Positions 37,396 to 45,696 of a DNA stretch of 64,000 bases are shown here, piece after piece; positions within the stretch are counted from its first letter, which is position 1, and each line of letters opens with the position of its first letter. A program made the translations under genes and the position numbers. The notes beneath the pieces are model-generated. The model saw nothing but the letters and a program-made list of their open reading frames with translations, was not told the DNA's origin and did not search any database. Source of the DNA: Clostridia bacterium (GTDB taxonomy: Bacteria > Bacillota > Clostridia > Oscillospirales > CAG-272); NCBI GenBank assembly GCA_017451045.1, contig JAFSSK010000098.1, positions 14,561-78,560 on the forward strand, written 5' to 3'.

Positions 37396-40300
37396 TTACT
37401 CGTGCTTTCCCGCGTAACCGGCAAGACTTTTCACTTCCAGCGTCAGCGTGCGTTCGTTGGCGATCCGCATCTCTCCGCGCTGTCCCTCCTGCTCGGAATA
37501 AACCGTTTCTTTCAGAAGGCGGAACCCTTCCGTGTCCCTGGTCGCTTTCTTGTAGTCTGCGACCGTGAACACCTTTGCGTCCTTGTATTCCTTTCCGAAC
37601 ACGGGATCGAACCGAAAGATCGGCGTGTCGTCCGACGCCTGTGCCAGTTCCTTTTCGGGTATGCGCAGTTTGATGCAAAGCGTCATATATCCCGCCTGGA
37701 AGGGGACTCTGTTCCCGTACAAGTCGTGCGACCTCCCGCCGCCGGCAGCCGCCAGGACGACGCATCCGTCTTCCTTCCTGACGGGATTCGGATGCCTTGT
37801 CCCTACATACTGATCGGCCTGATAGCTGAACAGCGTTTTCACCGCCATGCTGTTGCCCGTTACAATCAGCTCCGAAGGCTCTTTCCCTTTGAACGCGATC
37901 TCCCCGGCAATGGCGGAAAACTCTGGGATGACCCTGTCGACCATGCCGCGGCCCAGAACGTCCCGACCTGCGTCCTTAAACGTCCGTCCGCCGCTGTCCT
38001 TGAGCGTTAGCGCGGCTTCGTCTGCCCCCTGAAGAGACCAGTGCCGGACGATGACGGGCGACGCGAAGCTGAACTTTTCTCCCGGACTCACCTTTTGCTG
38101 GAACAGGATGTCCTCTCCCGAACAGGTATCCGTGATGTCGTACGCGGATACGGGCTCGTCCGGCTCCCCGCAATCCTCTGCCCTGTCCGAATAAACGTCG
38201 ACCGCGACGATCATCGCCACGCTGTCGCTGCTGCTTCCGGTCGGGACGTCGATGAGGATCCTTAAAAACCTGGCCAGCTGCTCGGCAAAGGTGTCTGTCG
38301 TGACGGGCAGCTTGTTGTTCCTCCGTCCTGCTATATCCGCCCACTGCCCGTTCTGCAGGCACTGGATGCGGTACGTGTCCGTATTCCTGATGCTGTCGCG
38401 GCACAGACATTCCGCGTGGCGGATCACCACGTGGCTGAACCTGAGCCGTCTGCCCAGATCCAGAATCAGGTAGCCGCTGCCGCCGGCAGAGGCTTTCCAG
38501 CAGGTATCATTTCTTCCGTCCGTGACACGCTGCGCTTCGAATCCCTCCTGGCTGTTCTTCGCCATGACAGCGCAGCCGCGCGAAAGATTTCTGGCATAGG
38601 GCGTGTTCTTCACGCTGAATGATATATCGAAGGCAGGCATCAGGAACATGATTGAGGCGCCTTCGTACCGGCTTCCGTCCGCCCCGGTCCAGACCGTCCG
38701 GCCGTCCGCCTCGCCGTCATACGCAAGACATACGGGCCCGCCCTCGTGGTATGTGCCTGTCCCCCGCGCGCCGTCCGCGCGGACGGTATATTCCGCATAC
38801 TTTTTCTTGTGCAGCGCGATATCGGTCGCAAGTCTTGCGTACCCTTGCTGCTTTGTGCTACTGATCGCGGCGATCATCAGGTGCTCGTCTTCGGGCAGGA
38901 CAATCTTCCCGGCGCCAGCCGGCACGACGACCTCATACTGGTAGAAGGCGAACCGTCCGTATACGCGGTCGCCGGTCTTGTCGTGCGTGTGGGAGAAGGA
39001 CATAGCGACCCTGTCTTCCCTGATCCAGCCGAGGTGGCCGGATCCGTACTGGTCCCAGCCTCCGATATCGTCGTCATACGCCTGCACCCCGAACGTCACA
39101 GTGCCTGTCCCGGGAAGGAATCCGAGGCTGCAGGTGCCGTCTTCGTCGTCTCTGGCCGCCAGGAGGAACACCTTTTTAGCGCCTTCCGGAAGCTTGAGTT
39201 CCTGGCCGGCTGCCCGCAAAAACGTCAGCTCCCCGTCCTTTTCCGTGATCCCGAACGGGATCCCGGCGCAGACCCGGTGCGCGCAGATGAGATTTCTCGG
39301 CACCGTCGTGTTCTCCGGACCCAGTCCGTACTGTCCCGCCTCTTCGCGGCAGGACGTGAATTTTTCGCCCGCAGGCAGCGGGAGCTGTTCATAAACTTTG
39401 CGGGAAGCTTTTTGCGCAGGTTTTTTCAGCGTTAGCGCGAAGGTCTTCGGCGCAAACTTTTTGATGGAGAAATGAAGTTCACCGTTCCGCAGTTCCGCCG
39501 GGCCGATCTTTCTTTCGTACCCGTCCGTCTCTTTGGCGCACAGGATTCCCTGCGCCGCCGTGATGACAACATCTTCATGATCGCGTCCGAAGGATTCGCA
39601 CACCCGGACGATAACTTCGTTTGTATCTTCCGCTTTTTTAATCGCCTTCACGGCAATGCCCGGATCGTTCACCCGCAGAAGCGAGAAGCTGGCCGGCAGC
39701 ACGCCGGGATGAGCGTTTGTTTCTACGGCCATCAGCGGCTGGTTGAACCGCACGCCCGCCTGGTCGGCAAGGCTTTCGTTATAGTCTCCCGCGGCGCCGC
39801 GGACGGCGACGGAGAACACGTTTTCGCCCTGGTCCTGCAGATCCTGTCTTGTCTGCGGCAGGAACTGGTTGGCCGGCGTATGGATGCAGGTCAGGCGCAA
39901 AGTGCTTCCGCACTTGTCCATCCCGTATTTACAGTCGTTGAGGATCTGCACGTTGTATTTTTTGTCCCTGTCGAACATGGAAGCCCATTTGTGAACGGGG
40001 ACCTCGTATTTTTCAGGCGCCCTGTCCTCGCGCTCCACGTATCCGAGTCCCGCGTCGTAAACGGCCGTTTCGGACGAAAGAGAAAGCGGGAAGGCCATTT
40101 TCAACAGCGAACTCTTCTCGTTCCAGAACACCCTGCACCCGATCCTAACATAATCGTCTCCCGCGTCCAGCGACACGGTCATAAAGTATTTGCTGGTGCC
40201 GCAGCACCTCGTCACGCGAACGGCGATCCGGCAGGGACCTTGCTGAAGGACTTCGAATTCGGCGGGACCTGATACGACCGCTTTGGGCTCCGCGCAGATA

Positions 40301-41889
40301 TCGTCATATCCGATCTCCCATGCGCCGTACCCGCGGAAGCCGTTCTTCAGGATCTGAAAGCGCATCGGCTCCTTCAGAAGTTCAATCCCGTTTTTCTTGT
40401 CAAAGATCGAGGCGACGTCTCCGTTTTCGTCCAGGCTGACGCGCAGGATCCCGTTGTCAAGGACACGTTCCGAAACTGTCATGCCGGCGGCGTCTGCCGT
40501 CCCCGCTCTGAATGTATATACCGCATATCCGTTCCCCGGCACTGCCGCCCGGAAGAGGATATCGGCATAAAGCTTTCCGTCCCTTCTGTCCGTCGAGAGC
40601 ACCTGCACGGGCTGCTCGTCACCGTCTGCCCCGCAGGCCGTGATCCGTTCGGGGATCTTCCCTTCCGGCCAGCATATCCTTGCGCTGACCGTGTCCGTGC
40701 GGTCGAATCCGGCGGGATTGAAAACGACGGCGCAGCCGCCGCCTGCCCCGGCGGTATCCACCTGCTCCGCCACGGCGGTGAGCGCGTTCGAGATCATCCC
40801 GTCCAGGCGGTTGTTCACGACGATGTCGTCGTGGAAGGTCTCCCTGTACGCGCGCTGGCAGCTGGTGCCGGTCAGGTCGTCATGGAACTCGTGCCTGATA
40901 AAGTCGACCCAGGCCCGGCGGATGTCTTCGGCGGGATAATCGATCACGCCGATCCAGGATCCTAAAACGCTGAACCGCTCCGCGGCGTCTGCTTTCAGCT
41001 CGTTGGACCGGTGGAAGCGTTTGGTAGGCCCAACGGATGTGTAGCTGCCGACGCCGTGAACCACCATCAGCAGCTCCTCGTTGACGGAAGGAAGTTTTGC
41101 CGCCTCATCGGGCGTCAGTTCGTCCGCCAGCTGACCGGCGTAGGCGGAAACGACTTCGTTCATTCCGTCTTCCGTCAGGACCCCCTCGTTGACGAACCTG
41201 GCGGACGCGTCTGTCGGCGCGCCGCCTATGTCGCCCGTCCCGTAATACCGCATGTCACGCTCGAGCGGGAGGGCCTCCACCATATCGTGAAGGTCTTTGT
41301 TTTCTGCCGGGTTCTCTTTGAGGCTGTCCCCGTACGGACCCGGGTCGATCGAGGCGATGACCTCGCTCCCGTCTATCCCTTCCCAGCGTCCCACATGGAA
41401 CGGGGGCGGATATCCGTTGTTCCAGGTCAGTTTCTGAGAGGAGAAGGCCACAAGGCCCATATGCTTCATCAGGGTCGGAAGCGTCCACGGGAATCCGAAG
41501 CAGTCCGGCAGAAAGATGTCGTTGCTGATCCTGCCGAACTCCTGATCGAAGAACCTGTTCCCGTAAAGGATGTTGCGCATCAGTGTCTCCGGTTCCGGCG
41601 TCACGACGTCCCCGTTCTCCCAGGAAGATCCTGTCACGTGCCATCTCCCGGCCGCAACGTATTCCTTGAGCTTGCTGAAATACTCGGGGTAATACTCCTT
41701 GATCAGCGCGTACCTGTAGGCGCCCTCGAAATTGAACGCGTAATGCGGATAGTTCTCAAACAGCCTGAAGTTTTCAAGACACGTCGAAGGCAGATACTCC
41801 TTGATCGTCTGCTCCAGGGTCCAGTTCCAGACCGTATCGAGGTGAGCGGTCGCGACCTGGTATACTTTCGGTTTCTTTCTGTTAGCCAT
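37396..41889 (-). CDS. GH38 alpha-mannosidase (1497 aa) with a C-terminal F5/8 type C (discoidin/CBM32-like) domain and further extension, no signal peptide
   Basis: 'ATAHLDTVWNWT', 'WENGDVVTPEPETLMRNILYG' and 'IRHEFHDDLTGTS' are GH38 motifs. 'RVTDGRNDTCWKAS..GYLILDLGRRLRFSHVVI' is discoidin-like. Confidence 0.8.
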   Translation of the reverse strand: MANRKKPKVYQVATAHLDTVWNWTLEQTIKEYLPSTCLENFRLFENYPHYAFNFEGAYRYALIKEYYPEYFSKLKEYVAAGRWHVTGSSWENGDVVTPEPETLMRNILYGNRFFDQEFGRISNDIFLPDCFGFPWTLPTLMKHMGLVAFSSQKLTWNNGYPPPFHVGRWEGIDGSEVIASIDPGPYGDSLKENPAENKDLHDMVEALPLERDMRYYGTGDIGGAPTDASARFVNEGVLTEDGMNEVVSAYAGQLADELTPDEAAKLPSVNEELLMVVHGVGSYTSVGPTKRFHRSNELKADAAERFSVLGSWIGVIDYPAEDIRRAWVDFIRHEFHDDLTGTSCQRAYRETFHDDIVVNNRLDGMISNALTAVAEQVDTAGAGGGCAVVFNPAGFDRTDTVSARICWPEGKIPERITACGADGDEQPVQVLSTDRRDGKLYADILFRAAVPGNGYAVYTFRAGTADAAGMTVSERVLDNGILRVSLDENGDVASIFDKKNGIELLKEPMRFQILKNGFRGYGAWEIGYDDICAEPKAVVSGPAEFEVLQQGPCRIAVRVTRCCGTSKYFMTVSLDAGDDYVRIGCRVFWNEKSSLLKMAFPLSLSSETAVYDAGLGYVEREDRAPEKYEVPVHKWASMFDRDKKYNVQILNDCKYGMDKCGSTLRLTCIHTPANQFLPQTRQDLQDQGENVFSVAVRGAAGDYNESLADQAGVRFNQPLMAVETNAHPGVLPASFSLLRVNDPGIAVKAIKKAEDTNEVIVRVCESFGRDHEDVVITAAQGILCAKETDGYERKIGPAELRNGELHFSIKKFAPKTFALTLKKPAQKASRKVYEQLPLPAGEKFTSCREEAGQYGLGPENTTVPRNLICAHRVCAGIPFGITEKDGELTFLRAAGQELKLPEGAKKVFLLAARDDEDGTCSLGFLPGTGTVTFGVQAYDDDIGGWDQYGSGHLGWIREDRVAMSFSHTHDKTGDRVYGRFAFYQYEVVVPAGAGKIVLPEDEHLMIAAISSTKQQGYARLATDIALHKKKYAEYTVRADGARGTGTYHEGGPVCLAYDGEADGRTVWTGADGSRYEGASIMFLMPAFDISFSVKNTPYARNLSRGCAVMAKNSQEGFEAQRVTDGRNDTCWKASAGGSGYLILDLGRRLRFSHVVIRHAECLCRDSIRNTDTYRIQCLQNGQWADIAGRRNNKLPVTTDTFAEQLARFLRILIDVPTGSSSDSVAMIVAVDVYSDRAEDCGEPDEPVSAYDITDTCSGEDILFQQKVSPGEKFSFASPVIVRHWSLQGADEAALTLKDSGGRTFKDAGRDVLGRGMVDRVIPEFSAIAGEIAFKGKEPSELIVTGNSMAVKTLFSYQADQYVGTRHPNPVRKEDGCVVLAAAGGGRSHDLYGNRVPFQAGYMTLCIKLRIPEKELAQASDDTPIFRFDPVFGKEYKDAKVFTVADYKKATRDTEGFRLLKETVYSEQEGQRGEMRIANERTLTLEVKSLAGYAGKHE

Positions 41890-41900
41890 ATGATAGATTT

Positions 41901-41926
41901 AAAGCGGCTCCGAGCGACGGAGCCGC
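41901..41926 (-). other. Hairpin between rhaD and the large GH38 gene (weak terminator or mRNA processing/stability element)
   Basis: Minus strand: GCGGCUCCG-ucgcu-CGGAGCCGC followed by UUUAAAUC, 11 nt before the ATG. Confidence 0.4.
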
Positions 41927-41973
41927 CTTCCTTTCCGCAGGTTCCCCTGCTTCTATTCGTCAAGGTGCGGATA

Positions 41974-42807
41974 TTATTCTTTCATAGCCGCCATGATCTC
42001 CTGCGAGAGAGTGAAACCGAACGCCTTGGCCAGTTCGATGAAATCGTCCCGCGTGATCGTCTGCGTCTTTTTGTCTGTCATAGAGCGTACTTTTACGTAG
42101 ATCTCGGCGCTCTTCTCGACCGTGTGGGCCAGGCCGAACGTGGCGTCGAACGTGTCGCCGGAACAGAAGATGCCGTGGTGCGCCCAGACGGCGACGTCAT
42201 ATTTCTTCATCTTCTCGGACGTCGCAACCGCGATGTCCTTTCCGCCCGGGACCATCCACGGGATGACGCCCACGCCCTGCGGGAACACGACGGGGCATTC
42301 CGTCATGGACTCCCAGAGTTCTTTCGTGAAAACGGCGTCGTCCATCGGGAGGACGAACGTCATGGCGATGATGTTGGCCGGGTGGCAGTGATAGATCACC
42401 CGGTGCTTGCCGCCCGTGGCGGCCATCTTCACGGCGTGATTCATCAGATGGGAGGGCAGTTCGCTCGTCGGTCTTCCGCCTGTAGAAAATCCCCAGACGG
42501 TCCTGTACTGCGTTCCGGTCCCGTCGATCTGGATGATGCCGCAGGTCTCGGCGGGTTTTTCCAGAACGTTCTGGAAATACTGTCCCGTTCCCGTCACCAT
42601 GAAATAGGTATCGGCTAGCGTCGGGACCTCGGTCCCGATGGCCGTGAAAGGTCTGTCAAAAGAAAGCTGATCCCTGATCTCGGCGATCTCCTCCTCCCGG
42701 ATCCGGTAGGACAGGTTGCCGCCGTTCCGCTCGTGGAAGCCAAGCCTGAATCCGTCGTCGGCCAGCTTGCAGAATGATTTTACGAATGATGCCTCTGTAA
42801 CTTTCAT
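41974..42807 (-). CDS. rhaD: Rhamnulose-1-phosphate aldolase (class II aldolase)
   Basis: 'HERNGGNLSYR', 'FMVTGTGQYF', and the His-rich metal site 'HCHPAN..'. It follows rhaB-rhaA. Confidence 0.85.
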   Translation of the reverse strand: MKVTEASFVKSFCKLADDGFRLGFHERNGGNLSYRIREEEIAEIRDQLSFDRPFTAIGTEVPTLADTYFMVTGTGQYFQNVLEKPAETCGIIQIDGTGTQYRTVWGFSTGGRPTSELPSHLMNHAVKMAATGGKHRVIYHCHPANIIAMTFVLPMDDAVFTKELWESMTECPVVFPQGVGVIPWMVPGGKDIAVATSEKMKKYDVAVWAHHGIFCSGDTFDATFGLAHTVEKSAEIYVKVRSMTDKKTQTITRDDFIELAKAFGFTLSQEIMAAMKE

Positions 42808-42819
42808 GTCCCCTCCAGT

Positions 42820-44067
42820 TTACTGTCTCTTGGACAGAACTTTCTGCTCGTATTCCTTCACCTGCGCGTACCACTCCTCTGCGCACGGCACGCCGCAGCG
42901 GCGGCAGTATTCGTCCCAGACTGCCTCCATCGGGTACGTCTTGTACTCTTCCTGAAGGACCAGCACGTCCGTGAATTTCCCTTCGTTCTGCAGTTTCGCA
43001 AGTTCCTTGTGGGGCGTCAGGAGCGCGGATAGCAGCGCCTTGCGGACGTTGCGCATGCCGAGCACCCAGGCCGCGACCCGGTTGATGGATCCGTCAAAAT
43101 AGTCCAGCGCGATGAGCACGTCGTCCATGCGGCCGCTGGCCACGATCTCCTTGGCGATCTCCTTCGTCTCGTCGTCATAGCGGACCACGTGGTCGCTGTC
43201 CCAGCGGACGGGCCGCGTGATATGGAGCGCGAGTTTGTCCGAAAGCAGAAGGATCGAGGAGATCTTGTCCGAGACGGTTTCTGTCGGATGGTAGTGCCCG
43301 TTGTCCATCAGCGGGACGATGCCGCGGCTCAGCACGTAGCCGAGCGTGAATTCTGCGGAGCCGGCCGTGTAGGATTCAAGGCCGATCCCGAAGACTTTGG
43401 ACTCCAGCGTGATCAGCACTTTGGATTTGTCATACCCTGCCGCGAGAATCTCGTCAAGAGATTTCATATAACGGGCGCGGGGGCCTGTGCGGTCCGCGGG
43501 CGTGTCTTTCATGCCGTCCGGGATCCAGATGTTCATCACGCAGGGGTATCCCGTCTGTTCCGCAAGATATTCCGAGATGCGCAGGCAGGCGATCCCGTGC
43601 CTGACCCAGAATTTCCGGATCTCCTCGTCTGGGCTCGTTAAGGTGAAATGCGCAGCCTTGGGATGGGAGAAGAACGTCGGGTTGAAGTCGATGCCGATGT
43701 TCCTTTCTTTGGCATAGCGCACCCAGGGCTCGAAGTGCCTGGGCTCCAGCGCGTCCCGGTCGGCCCACTCGCCCTCTTTGAAGATCGCGTAGCAGGCGTG
43801 CAGATTCAGCTTGTGTCTGCCGCCGTCAAGCGACAGGGCTTTGTCGAAGTCGTCCATCAGCTCCTGCGGCGTGCGCGCCTTCCCCGGGTAGTTGCCCGTC
43901 ACCTGGATGCCGCCGGACAGACCCATCTTCTGGTCAAACCCGCCGACGTCGTCGCCCTGCCAGCAGTGAACGGATACGGTGATGTCCTTCAGCTTTTCAA
44001 GGACCTCTTCCGTGTCGATGCCGATCCCGGCGTATTTCTGTTTTGCGTATTCATACATATTTTTCAT
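42820..44067 (-). CDS. rhaA: L-rhamnose isomerase
   Basis: 'SVHCWQGDDVGGF' and 'HKLNLHACYA', about 415 aa, typical RhaA. Confidence 0.9.
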   Translation of the reverse strand: MKNMYEYAKQKYAGIGIDTEEVLEKLKDITVSVHCWQGDDVGGFDQKMGLSGGIQVTGNYPGKARTPQELMDDFDKALSLDGGRHKLNLHACYAIFKEGEWADRDALEPRHFEPWVRYAKERNIGIDFNPTFFSHPKAAHFTLTSPDEEIRKFWVRHGIACLRISEYLAEQTGYPCVMNIWIPDGMKDTPADRTGPRARYMKSLDEILAAGYDKSKVLITLESKVFGIGLESYTAGSAEFTLGYVLSRGIVPLMDNGHYHPTETVSDKISSILLLSDKLALHITRPVRWDSDHVVRYDDETKEIAKEIVASGRMDDVLIALDYFDGSINRVAAWVLGMRNVRKALLSALLTPHKELAKLQNEGKFTDVLVLQEEYKTYPMEAVWDEYCRRCGVPCAEEWYAQVKEYEQKVLSKRQ

Positions 44068-44082
44068 AACGACCCCCGTATA

Positions 44083-45468
44083 TTAAACTCTTTTAACTTC
44101 AAATGAATCGAAAACCGCCTTGCGTGCCTGCGCAAGATCCTTGAAAACGCCTGTCCCCAGCATCTGCGCCAGGATGTTGCCTATCGCGGTGGCTTCCGTA
44201 GGTCCTGCGTATACCGGCTTTCCAGTCTTTTCCGCGGTCAGCCTGTTCAGGTACCCGTCCTTGCTTCCCCCGCCGATGATATGCAGCGCGGCGATCGGCT
44301 TCCCCGTCAGGGCCTCGATCTCCTTCAGGGTCGCGTCATAGCACTCGGCCAGGCTCTGATACACCACAGCGACGCACTGCCCGACGTCAAGGTCCTTTCT
44401 GCCGAGACTTTCGCGGATCGCGTCCAGCATAGAGTCCGGCATCAGGAAGCGCGCGTCGTTCACGTCGATCCGCAGCGGGATGTCCGCGTTTTCCTCCGCC
44501 ATGCGGCAGAGATCGTCGAACGAGTACCGCCCCCCGCACTCTTTCTTGATGGACTGGATGATCCACAGCCCCATGATGTTCTTCAGGCACCTGTACCGCA
44601 TCCCGTACCCGCCCTCGTTGGTGACGTTCGCATCGTGAGAGGCTTCCGAGCAGATCGGCTGCAGACTCTCTATCCCGAGGAGGGACCACGTCCCCGAACT
44701 CAGGTATGCCACGTCGTCTCTGGACGTGGGCACGGCCAGAACGGCGGAGCCCGTGTCGTGCTCGGCCGGATGCATAACGGTCAGGTTGTATCCTACTTTT
44801 GCGCTGATCTCTTCTGTCAGCGGGCCGACCTTCGTCCCCGGCATGGCCAGCGGGCCGAACAGCCTTTCCGGGATCCCGATCTTCCGAAGAAGGTCTCTGT
44901 CCCAGTCGCCCGTCCTGATGTCGATCAGCTGCCCCGTCGTGGCGTCCGTATATTCCTGCTCCTTGATCCCCGTGAGAAGGAAGTTCAGATAATCCGGGAT
45001 CATGAGCAGCGACGCCGCCTGCTCCAGCTGCTCCGGATGGTTTTCCCGGATGGAGACCAGCTGGTATATCGTGTTGATGATCTGTTTCTGGATGCCGGTC
45101 CGCATGTACAGTTCCTTTTCGGATATGTCCCTGTACAGGATCTCGTCCATGCCGGCCGTCCGCTGATCTCTGTAGCCGACCGTGTCCCCGATGACCCGGT
45201 CGTTTTTGTCCAGAAGGACGAAATCCACGCCCCAGGTGTCGATCCCGAGGTATGACGGGCGCTTGCCCATCTCTCCCGCTTTCTTGATGCCCTCGACGAC
45301 ATGCCCGAACAGCGTCGGGACGTCCCAGCACATCGTACCGTCTTCCTTCCGAACAAGTCCGTTCGGGAACCGGTATATCTCTTCCATGCGGATCTTCCCG
45401 TCATCCAGCCAGGCGATCATGTGCCTGCCGCTGGAAGCGCCTATATCGATCGCAAGATAGTAAGTCAT
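44083..45468 (-). CDS. rhaB: Rhamnulokinase (FGGY family)
   Basis: 'YLAIDIGASSGR', 'GIDTWGVDFVLLD' and 'HIIGGGSKDGYLN'. The start is at MTYYLAID (ATG 45468). Confidence 0.9.
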   Translation of the reverse strand: MTYYLAIDIGASSGRHMIAWLDDGKIRMEEIYRFPNGLVRKEDGTMCWDVPTLFGHVVEGIKKAGEMGKRPSYLGIDTWGVDFVLLDKNDRVIGDTVGYRDQRTAGMDEILYRDISEKELYMRTGIQKQIINTIYQLVSIRENHPEQLEQAASLLMIPDYLNFLLTGIKEQEYTDATTGQLIDIRTGDWDRDLLRKIGIPERLFGPLAMPGTKVGPLTEEISAKVGYNLTVMHPAEHDTGSAVLAVPTSRDDVAYLSSGTWSLLGIESLQPICSEASHDANVTNEGGYGMRYRCLKNIMGLWIIQSIKKECGGRYSFDDLCRMAEENADIPLRIDVNDARFLMPDSMLDAIRESLGRKDLDVGQCVAVVYQSLAECYDATLKEIEALTGKPIAALHIIGGGSKDGYLNRLTAEKTGKPVYAGPTEATAIGNILAQMLGTGVFKDLAQARKAVFDSFEVKRV

Positions 45469-45548
45469 GTCTTCTCCCTTCAGCCCGTTTTCCGCCCGCT
45501 TAAGGGCCCTGCAACGGGCATATAGAGTTAAATGTATTATACACTTAC

Positions 45549-45577
45549 AATATATCACAAACATACATTTTTGTCAC
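45549..45577 (-). promoter_or_regulatory. Candidate promoter of rhaBAD-GH38-GH38
   Basis: Minus strand: GTGACA, 17 nt, TATATT with a TGa extended -10. Confidence 0.45.
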
Positions 45578-45598
45578 TACTTTTTTGCCGAGGTCCGC

Positions 45599-45627
45599 TT
45601 GCCATCCCATCCAAAACATGCTACAAT
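45599..45627 (+). promoter_or_regulatory. Candidate promoter of the GH95 gene
   Basis: TTGCCA, 17 nt, TACAAT with a TGc extended -10. It is back-to-back with the rha promoter, with 21 bp between the -35 boxes. Confidence 0.5.
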
Positions 45628-45696
45628 TTTCATGTCAGCCAGACATTTTTCTGCCGGCCATGCGGCCCGGCAGATACAGAAAGAAGGAGAACAGCC

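Noticed and set aside
45640-45675. Hairpin CTGCCGG-9 nt-CCGGCAG in the GH95 5' UTR, considered as a riboswitch or attenuator
   Set aside because: It is a 7-bp stem with no U-tract, no alternative pairing and no known motif. The evidence is insufficient to call a regulatory element.
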